A stretch of 32,000 nt of DNA, from the NCBI GenBank assembly GCA_003056265.1, contig NBVN01000004.1, positions 330,001 to 362,000 of the forward strand. The letters run 5' to 3'. Positions 24,875 through 32,000 of the stretch are shown piece by piece (position 1 is the first letter of the stretch; each line of letters opens with the position of its first letter). The notes below the pieces were generated by a model. That model saw only the letters and a list, made by a program, of their open reading frames with translations, ran no database searches and was not told the origin of the DNA. Made by a program: the position numbers and the translations under genes. The stretch is from Zestosphaera tikiterensis. GTDB taxonomy: Archaea; Thermoproteota; Thermoprotei_A; Sulfolobales; NBVN01.

Positions 24875-26389
24875 ATGAGCGACATGAAGGTGGTGCTTCC
24901 GCCGAGGCTTTTTAAAATAGCTAAGGTAGTTCTGAAAAGTGTTAATGGCATGTACGTTAATGAATTAGCTGAGCAGTTAGGCGTTAAGGAATCAGACATT
25001 ATGCGGGATTTAGCCGAATTAGAAGCTAAGGGTATGGTAAAGTTAGAGAGGGTTTTGAAGTATGTTGTTAAGCTAAGTGCCTTAGGTAGGAAGTACTTAA
25101 GTGTTGGACTTCCTGAAGAAAGGGTTTTATCGTATCTAATTAAGGAGAGGAAGGTACACATTAACAAACTTAAGGAGGTTTTAGAACTTAATGATGAGGA
25201 GGTTTCCGCAGCATTAGGGTTGTTACGAAGATATAGAATTGTGTCTATAAGTGAAGGCTTCGTTGAATGCCTTAAGTGCGATGAGGTTAAGGATTTCCTT
25301 GAGCACGTGGAAAAAGTAAGAAACGCGATGATTAAATATGGTGGTAACGTCGTCTTAGATGTTATACCTGATGACGTTCAAGTATTGAAAAGAAGAAGGG
25401 TTTTCGAAGTAGACGAGCTTAAGGTAATTAAAGTATTGCCTACGGAGGCTTTACTCAAGCTTGAAACCTTAGGTCTAATCGTTGAAGCAAACGTAGTTAC
25501 CAAATTAACTTCGGACATGCTTGTATCGGGATCTTGGCGTAACGTAATACTTAAGGAGTTCGACTTAAGCATAGACGTTCCTGAAAAACCTATTAAGAAG
25601 AAACATCCTTATGTTCAATTCATGAACTACGTTAAGGAAGTTTTGATTGGAATGGGTTTCGAGGAGGTTAAAGGTCCGTTCCTTGAAACAGCTTTATGGA
25701 ATTTCGACGTTTTATTTGTTCCTCAATACCATCCAGCAAGAAGGGTTAGTGACGTGTTTTACGTTAGTAACGTATCGCTTAACGTAGCTGAGGTAGACGT
25801 TCTTAATAAAGTTAAAGAAATCCATGAAAACTCTTGGAGATATAGTTGGAGCGTTGAAGAAGCTTTAAAAACCGTACTTAGAACTCATACTACGCCAGTT
25901 TCTATGAGAACTATATATGCTAAGAAGGGCGGTGAGTATAGGGTATTCTCTTTCGATAGAGTTTTCAGACCAGACACGCCAGATCCTACGCATTTAATGG
26001 AGTTCCACCAGCTAGAGGGGATAATAGTCGGTAAGAGTGTAACCTTCAAACATTTGCTGGGCTTCTTTAAGGAATTCGCTAGGTATTTAGGCATGAGTGA
26101 CGTTAAGTTTAAACCAGCGTATTTCCCGTTCACCGAACCCAGCGTTGAAGGCTTTGTTAAACACCCTAAGATAGGGTGGGTGGAAGTGTTCCCCGGCGGC
26201 ATGTTTAGGCCTGAAGTCACGGAGGCCGTGGGTTTGCCGCCGGAATATAAAGTTGCTGCTTGGGGGATAGGCATAGATAGGTTGGCGATGATAGTCTTAG
26301 GTCTCGATGATATTAGAGATCTATACACCCATGATTTAGACGTAATTAATTCTTTAAAACTTCCTGAGGTGATGATTAAGCATGCCTAA
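24875..26389 (+). CDS. pheS: phenylalanyl-tRNA synthetase alpha subunit
   Basis: Class II motifs FRPD...EFHQLEG and GIGIDRLAM, with N-terminal winged-helix repeats as in archaeal PheS. Confidence 0.95.
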   Translation: MSDMKVVLPPRLFKIAKVVLKSVNGMYVNELAEQLGVKESDIMRDLAELEAKGMVKLERVLKYVVKLSALGRKYLSVGLPEERVLSYLIKERKVHINKLKEVLELNDEEVSAALGLLRRYRIVSISEGFVECLKCDEVKDFLEHVEKVRNAMIKYGGNVVLDVIPDDVQVLKRRRVFEVDELKVIKVLPTEALLKLETLGLIVEANVVTKLTSDMLVSGSWRNVILKEFDLSIDVPEKPIKKKHPYVQFMNYVKEVLIGMGFEEVKGPFLETALWNFDVLFVPQYHPARRVSDVFYVSNVSLNVAEVDVLNKVKEIHENSWRYSWSVEEALKTVLRTHTTPVSMRTIYAKKGGEYRVFSFDRVFRPDTPDPTHLMEFHQLEGIIVGKSVTFKHLLGFFKEFARYLGMSDVKFKPAYFPFTEPSVEGFVKHPKIGWVEVFPGGMFRPEVTEAVGLPPEYKVAAWGIGIDRLAMIVLGLDDIRDLYTHDLDVINSLKLPEVMIKHA

Positions 26390-28052
26390 AGTAGATTTTA
26401 AGCTATGGGATTTAGAAAGAATTGCCGGTAAGTCATTCCATATTGATGAACTCACGCATATAGTAACAACTTTGAAAGGAGAGATAGAGGAAGTCAGTGG
26501 CGATACGATAGTTTTTGAAGCAAGCCACGACAGACCCGATCTGTTTTCAGTTGAAGGCTTGGCTAGGGCTGTTGGTGTATTCGTAGGCAGTAGGGATTTA
26601 ATCAGATATTCAGTGGAGGATTCCGGAACTTACCTAGATGTTAGTGAGGCCCCTAGGTATAGACCATACGCTTTTATGGCGATCGTTGAAAACTTAAGGT
26701 TAGATGATGAGGCTGTAAGTCAGATCTTCCAACTTCAGGAGAAGTTGCATGCCACTTATTGTAGGGATAGGGCGTCGGTTTCTATAGGGCTTTATGACCT
26801 TGATAAAGTTAAGCCGCCGTTTAGGTATGTAGCTGTGAAAAACGCTACCTACGTACCTTTAGGTTACTCTCATAAGATGTCTTTAGATGAAGTTCTTAAG
26901 GAAACTGAGAAGGGTATGACCTACGCCCACTTAGTCAAGCCTGGGGAGTATCCCATAATAATCGATAGTGAGGATCACATATTTTCATTCCCGCCGATAT
27001 TAAACGATGAGTTAAGTAGGGTAACCGTTGACACGAAGAGGGTCGTAATAGATGTTACTGGAGTTGAGCCTTACCTAATGATGAAGGTTCTAAACGTTAT
27101 TACGACCTCGGTAGCTGAAAGATCCCCTAAACCAGTCATCAAGTTAGTAAGTATTAAGGGATTAGAGAAAAACGGATATAGCAAAACCCCCGACCTTAAC
27201 GGTAAGTTAGTAAGTTTTAAAGTTGATGATGTAGAATCCTTACTAGGTTTCAACCCTCTTGAAAACAATGGGGTAACGCTACTTAAGAAGATGGGTTATG
27301 TGGTGAAGGAATTAGCAAATGACGTAGTTACGGTTTGGGTGCCTCCGTTTAGAGTAGATGTTTTAAATCATGTAGACGTTATTGAAGATCTAGCTATTGC
27401 TTACGGTTATAATAACATAATACCTGAGATACTACCCCCAACACATTTCGGTAAGCGTTATGACATAGAGAGGTTTAGCGATATAGTGCGTGAGGTGTTG
27501 GTTGGTTTAGGTCTTCAAGAAATAATGAACTTCATGCTCATAGATCCGGAGATACTTAAATCAATTGTTAAAGATAAAGGGTTTGTGTCTTTAGCGAATC
27601 CGAAGATGAAGATATACTCTTCAGTTAGAAATTCTTTAATCCCATCCATTATGTTAGCCGTTAAAACTAACTTAGAGAAGAGGAAGAACTTCGAAATATT
27701 TGAGATAGGTGACATAGTTGAAATCCCCTACGAAGGTAGCGTCACATACGTCAGATCCTTAAGTTACGCTTTAGTTGGGGAGAATTACACATTAACAGAT
27801 GCTTTAGTAATTTTAAAGTCTTTAATGTCTTACTTAGGTGTAAACTATAAGCTAGTGAAAGATAAGGAGGAATTCCTCATTGAAGGTAGATCGGCGCGAA
27901 TAGTAGTGAATAACGACGTTCAAGTAGGTGTTGTAGGTGAGGTTAAACCTGAGGTTTTAACTTCGTTAAACATCTACACACCGGTAACAGTCTGCGAATT
28001 AAATCTAAAGAAACTATATGACTCCATAACCGCTTCAAACACTCCATCTTAA
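26382..28052 (+). CDS. pheT: phenylalanyl-tRNA synthetase beta subunit
   Basis: The ATG overlaps the pheS stop (ATGCCTAA). B3/4- and B5-like regions and an archaeal-size 556 aa. Confidence 0.95.
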   Translation: MPKVDFKLWDLERIAGKSFHIDELTHIVTTLKGEIEEVSGDTIVFEASHDRPDLFSVEGLARAVGVFVGSRDLIRYSVEDSGTYLDVSEAPRYRPYAFMAIVENLRLDDEAVSQIFQLQEKLHATYCRDRASVSIGLYDLDKVKPPFRYVAVKNATYVPLGYSHKMSLDEVLKETEKGMTYAHLVKPGEYPIIIDSEDHIFSFPPILNDELSRVTVDTKRVVIDVTGVEPYLMMKVLNVITTSVAERSPKPVIKLVSIKGLEKNGYSKTPDLNGKLVSFKVDDVESLLGFNPLENNGVTLLKKMGYVVKELANDVVTVWVPPFRVDVLNHVDVIEDLAIAYGYNNIIPEILPPTHFGKRYDIERFSDIVREVLVGLGLQEIMNFMLIDPEILKSIVKDKGFVSLANPKMKIYSSVRNSLIPSIMLAVKTNLEKRKNFEIFEIGDIVEIPYEGSVTYVRSLSYALVGENYTLTDALVILKSLMSYLGVNYKLVKDKEEFLIEGRSARIVVNNDVQVGVVGEVKPEVLTSLNIYTPVTVCELNLKKLYDSITASNTPS

Positions 28053-28064
28053 AGGAGAAACTCC

Positions 28065-28341
28065 TCATCTTTGATAGGAAGCTACGGTATAGAGCCCTAA
28101 CTTCTTACCTACCTCAGTAGCTGAGAGATGTATTGAAAACCGAATAGAATACCCACAACCTCCCCTAAAATTGGCTTTAAAGATTTATACACATTTTCAT
28201 AAAACCTGAGTACGTCATCGCTATATACGCGGGATTTGCACTCCCCTAATCTCACAACCTTCCTTCCGTCTTTTACACCTTCACCGTAAATATTCACTTT
28301 AACTTCCTTCTAAACTCGTAAAGTTCGCTTGATATATTCAT
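28065..28341 (-). pseudogene. frameshifted remnant of a small PD-(D/E)xK nuclease-fold gene
   Basis: Three consecutive minus-strand frames read MNISSELYEFRRKLK*, then (V)NIYGEGVKDGRKVVRLGECKSR...FQYISQLLR*, then ...SATEVGKKLGLYTVASYQR*. The D-x8-E-x-K core is in the middle piece. Confidence 0.4.
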
Positions 28342-28397
28342 TTCCCTACTCTAACTTTATGACGGTATCGCATGTTTTTAAGTTTGCTATGTATACG

Positions 28398-30527
28398 TTA
28401 GAGTGTTTTGCTAAGGAGCTTTTTAGCTTCGTTTATGATTTCTTCAGCTGTTTTAATTCCGAAACCTCTTAAGTTAGCTATCTTGGTTGGTGAGGCTTCA
28501 GCTAAGTCTTTTATTGTTTTAATTCCGGCTTCGTAGAGAGCTCTAGCTCTAACTCTACCCACACCTTTAACCTTAACTAACTCAACCAACTCCTCCTTAA
28601 CTCCGTTGCTAACCCTTATGTTGAGGATTTGAAGGTTTTTAGAATGTTCTTTAAGTTTTTCAACCTCGCATATTTTCTGAGCGGCGTAAGTCAGCCATTC
28701 AGCTGAGTCCACAACAACTCTTAAGTCGCCTGAGCCTATCCCGTACTCTGAAATTATACGGTCTTCGGGGATTTCCTCAATCCAGGCATTAAGTACTCTC
28801 CCGATTTTAAACGCTCTTAACCATTCGTAGTAATCTACCCCTTCATGAGGTTCTGGAATTAGACCTAGTTCTAAAGCGGCTTCAGCGTCTTCAGCTAGTT
28901 GTCTATAGTTTGTTATCCTAACTCTGCTGAAGTCTGGGGTCATAGCTATCGAGACTAAGTAGTAAAGCGGTTTAGCCGTTAAAACCTTCCTTAAGTTATT
29001 CAATAAAATCACAGCGGTTAGCGGATCTATATAGAGTTTAGAAACTATAGCGCCTAACGCCGTAGCTTTTAAAGAATTACCAACGTTCTCGATCATGCCA
29101 TATCTCTCTAAAGTTTTAATTGAGTATTTAACCATGTAGTTAGCTGTTTGTAATCCGAGCTTGCGGGAGGCTAAAGACTTGCTGTAGATTTCAGTTAATT
29201 CAGTGATGTTACGTGCTTCATTTGAAGCTATTAAAGCCAACGTATGTATTCGAGTGGCTCTCTCCGTAGCTAACTGCGACTTAACATCTTCAGGCATACT
29301 TCTAATATAGTTCCACCCTTCTTCCTCAGATTTAACGTCAGCGATAACTGCCTCACCGATTTGATCGTATTGAGGTCTTCCGGCCCTACCGGCCATCTGC
29401 TTATATTCAGAGACTGAAATAGGCTTCATAAAACCTTCTTCAAACCTCCTAGTGTATATCAAGACCCTCCTAGCCGGTACGTTTATACCGGCTGCTAACG
29501 TGGGTGTAGCCACCACAGCTCTTAACAATCTTTCCCTGAAAGCCCTCTCTATAAGCTGTCTTGACGTATAGGAAAGTCCGGCATGGTGGTAAGCTACACC
29601 TTTAATTAAAAGCTTGCTTAAATTTTCAACTTCAACTTTAGGTATTTCAGAGTTTGAGAGTTCATGTATTAATTCCTTAACGTCGCTTGGGCTGTCCTCA
29701 CTTAACGTACTTAATTTCCTAGCTAATTCCTCAGCCTTAGGTCTGGATTGGACGAAGATGAGTAGTTGGTAGTCGTCTTCATATGCTTTTCTATAGCAGT
29801 GATGCGGTAAAGACATTTTCTTGTTAACGGGTTCTTCACGGCCGTCTTCAAAGATTATGGCGTTTTTCTTAGCTGAGTAGAAGCCTTCAACCAACCTGAC
29901 AGGTCTCCAATTACTGATGACTACTTCCGCATTTAGCCAAGAGCCGAGTTCGTCAGGGTTTCCAACAGTTGCTGAGAGACCTATTAACTGTATATTATTT
30001 AGTAAGGATCTAATTGAAAGGAATTCCACGATAGGGCCTCTATCCTCATCGCTAATCATGTGGAACTCGTCGATAACCAGCGTTTTAACCTCTCTAAGCC
30101 AGCTAGGTTTAAGTCTGAATATGGAGTCCATCCTTTCATAGGTGGCGACTATTACGTCATAGTTTCGAAGATACTCACCAGGCTCGTCATAATCACCGGT
30201 TGTTATACCTACTCTTAAACCTAACCTCTCCCAATACTTAAATTCCCAATACTTCTCCTCTGCTAAGGCCTTAAGTGGTGTAACATACACGCCCTTACCG
30301 CCGTTAAGGTAGGCGTTAATTAATGCTAACTCACCAACTAAGGTTTTACCACTAGCTGTCGGCGCTACAACCAAGAGGGAATTACCTTTCAAGAACCCCT
30401 TACGTAAAGCCTCAACCTGCGGAGGAGTTAATTTAGAAATACCTCTAAGCTTAAGGAGCTTAATCACCTGCTCTGGCAAATCTATAATGTCAACGCTGGC
30501 CTCTTCCGCTGCTGGCAACTCGCTCAA
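28398..30527 (-). CDS. hel308: Hel308/Hjm Ski2-like DNA helicase
   Basis: Motif I APTASGKT, motif II DEFH, SAT, motif VI QMAGRAGR, a ratchet-domain region and a C-terminal HhH (GVGRVRARALYEAGI). Confidence 0.9.
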   Translation of the reverse strand: MSELPAAEEASVDIIDLPEQVIKLLKLRGISKLTPPQVEALRKGFLKGNSLLVVAPTASGKTLVGELALINAYLNGGKGVYVTPLKALAEEKYWEFKYWERLGLRVGITTGDYDEPGEYLRNYDVIVATYERMDSIFRLKPSWLREVKTLVIDEFHMISDEDRGPIVEFLSIRSLLNNIQLIGLSATVGNPDELGSWLNAEVVISNWRPVRLVEGFYSAKKNAIIFEDGREEPVNKKMSLPHHCYRKAYEDDYQLLIFVQSRPKAEELARKLSTLSEDSPSDVKELIHELSNSEIPKVEVENLSKLLIKGVAYHHAGLSYTSRQLIERAFRERLLRAVVATPTLAAGINVPARRVLIYTRRFEEGFMKPISVSEYKQMAGRAGRPQYDQIGEAVIADVKSEEEGWNYIRSMPEDVKSQLATERATRIHTLALIASNEARNITELTEIYSKSLASRKLGLQTANYMVKYSIKTLERYGMIENVGNSLKATALGAIVSKLYIDPLTAVILLNNLRKVLTAKPLYYLVSIAMTPDFSRVRITNYRQLAEDAEAALELGLIPEPHEGVDYYEWLRAFKIGRVLNAWIEEIPEDRIISEYGIGSGDLRVVVDSAEWLTYAAQKICEVEKLKEHSKNLQILNIRVSNGVKEELVELVKVKGVGRVRARALYEAGIKTIKDLAEASPTKIANLRGFGIKTAEEIINEAKKLLSKTL

Positions 30528-30678
30528 CGACCATTAATTTAAGCTTAAATAGTCTTATATATCAAAACACTCAACAGTCCTCGCTGTGAAGGACTTCATT
30601 TAAGGTCTTCGGCGAACCATGATGTATAGCGTTTTAGTTAAGTATTAATTATTCGTTGAAGTCTGATTCTTGGTGTGT

Positions 30679-32000
30679 ATGGGCAAGTACGCTATCGTGT
30701 TTGGATATTGGAGTAATATAAAATACAGTGTTCACGTGTTGGTAGGTGCGTTAGAGTCTTATAGAAGCTTTGAAGAAGTACGTGTTTTCCTATCTAGTTT
30801 GGATGAGATACCGAAGCTTATTGAAACGTTAATAGGTAAGTACGATAGAATAGCTTACTTTCAAACTCTACTTACGACAGACCTCCCTTCCACATACAGT
30901 AAGTTAATTCAATTGAATAAACGCTTGAAATCTCTGAATGTAACTAGTGTTGGTGGAGGACCTCACGCTACTGGAGACCCCTACGGAACCATACTTTCGT
31001 TAAATTTTAACTACGCCTTCGTAGGTGAGGTTGAAGACTCTTTAAATGAGTTACTAGGCCTTCTTTTCCATGGTGGTGACCCAACAGAGGTTAGGGGGCT
31101 CGCTTGGTTTGAAGGCGGGAGGATACGCTTAAATGGTAGAGGGCAAGTTAAGGATCTTGATAGGTTTCCGCCGTTTGCCCCTATCCATAGACTTTTCAAC
31201 CCTATCGAATTAACTAGGGGTTGTATTTACGCATGTAAGTATTGTCAAGTTAGTTATGCCTTTACAGCTAATTTAAGACATAGAAGCGTAGAGAACGTCA
31301 TTAAATGGTCTAACTATATGTTTGAAAGGGGTATTAAGGATTTAAGGTTTATATCTCCTGACGTATTGAGCTATGGTGCCTTAGGTAAGGAAGTTAACTT
31401 TAGCAAGCTTTTAGAACTTTTTGAAGGTCTTTCTAAAGTGCGGGAAAAAGGAGCTAAGGTGTATTTAGGGTCTTTCCCCTCAGAGGTAAGGCCTGAGAAA
31501 GTTAGTGAGGATATAGCCTCTACTTTACGTAGGTACGTTGACAACGATAGGATAGCTATAGGAGCTCAAACAGGTTCCGACTCATTATTGAAGGCCATAG
31601 GCAGAGGGCATACAAGCGAAGATGTTTTAAACAGTGTTGAGGCCCTAACTAAACACGGTTTTAAAGTTGACGTCGATTACATCTTCGGATTGCCTGGTGA
31701 AACTGATGAAGACGTTCAAGCTACTTTAAACCACATAAGCAGGGTTTTAAAGCTAGGTGGTAAAGCACACGTACATACTTTCATTCCATTGCCGGGAACT
31801 CCCTACGCATTAGCTGAACCTGGTAGGATATCACCTGAAGTAAAGAAGAAGTTGTTAAAGTTAGTGGGTGAAGGTAAAGCCTACGGCAACTGGTTACGTC
31901 AGGAAAAACTAGCTAATGAAATTAAAAAACTTAGGGAAGTTGGCGTGATTTTAATTACTCCAAAAAGAGCTTACGATTTATTATCACTTAAAGGCTTTCA
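30679..32000 (+). CDS. B12-binding-like domain / radical SAM protein (TIGR04013/MJ_1487-like), 3'-truncated by the window edge
   Basis: Hand translation from the ATG at 30679 is open to 32000. CX3CX2C (GCIYACKYC) lies at 31222-31245. It is absent from the ORF track, presumably because no stop lies in the window. Confidence 0.85.
   Translation, partial: MGKYAIVFGYWSNIKYSVHVLVGALESYRSFEEVRVFLSSLDEIPKLIETLIGKYDRIAYFQTLLTTDLPSTYSKLIQLNKRLKSLNVTSVGGGPHATGDPYGTILSLNFNYAFVGEVEDSLNELLGLLFHGGDPTEVRGLAWFEGGRIRLNGRGQVKDLDRFPPFAPIHRLFNPIELTRGCIYACKYCQVSYAFTANLRHRSVENVIKWSNYMFERGIKDLRFISPDVLSYGALGKEVNFSKLLELFEGLSKVREKGAKVYLGSFPSEVRPEKVSEDIASTLRRYVDNDRIAIGAQTGSDSLLKAIGRGHTSEDVLNSVEALTKHGFKVDVDYIFGLPGETDEDVQATLNHISRVLKLGGKAHVHTFIPLPGTPYALAEPGRISPEVKKKLLKLVGEGKAYGNWLRQEKLANEIKKLREVGVILITPKRAYDLLSLKGF

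Noticed and set aside
30577-30598. Hairpin AGTCCT-CGCTGTGA-AGGACT in the divergent hel308 / radical-SAM intergenic region.
   Set aside because: It is only a 6-bp stem in a 150-bp divergent promoter region that also holds several TATA-like boxes. Nothing suggests an RNA gene.
1-32000. A search for CRISPR repeats, IS/transposase or integrase genes, rRNA, or canonical or split tRNA genes.
   Set aside because: I found no regularly spaced direct repeats, no recombinase-like ORFs and no T-arm (GGTTCGAATCC-like) or cloverleaf candidates by eye. Intron-rich or split tRNAs typical of this lineage could escape visual inspection, so a tRNAscan-SE/SPLITS run is still advisable.

Overview
The window looks like a densely packed core-chromosome segment of a crenarchaeote. 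GC is roughly in the low 40s percent by eye (not computed). The combination of a membrane H+-pyrophosphatase, pyruvate phosphate dikinase and a short crenarchaeal-type XPF points to a Thermoproteales-like lineage (Caldivirga/Vulcanisaeta-like); this is inference only. Almost all coding capacity is housekeeping:
- the 3' part of the conserved archaeal L37Ae-Brix-Pcc1-prefoldin beta cluster, followed by a DHH phosphoesterase and XPF
- EF-2
- an NDP-sugar epimerase
- H+-PPase
- CobA-type corrinoid adenosyltransferase
- an M28/DUF4910-like peptidase
- S-adenosylhomocysteine hydrolase
- a GT39-type glycosyltransferase
- PPDK
- a stand-alone tRNA-binding domain protein
- a thiolase/DUF35 operon
- MoaB
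- PheRS alpha and beta
- Hel308
- a B12-like/radical SAM protein that runs off the right edge and is missing from the ORF track

I found no rRNA, canonical tRNA, CRISPR array, transposase or integrase. The parts worth a second look are:
- two unusually long, ORF-free, strongly structured intergenic loci (about 3531-3760 and 24512-24830) that I cannot assign to a known RNA family
- an orphan 223-aa ORF next to the second locus
- an untracked 45-codon ORF with a twin CX3CX3C motif
- a catalytically degenerate HMG-CoA-synthase-like gene heading the thiolase/DUF35 operon
- a DHH/DHHA1-like protein with eroded catalytic motifs
- a frameshifted PD-(D/E)xK remnant

All family calls are from motif recognition by eye. 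No database search was run.
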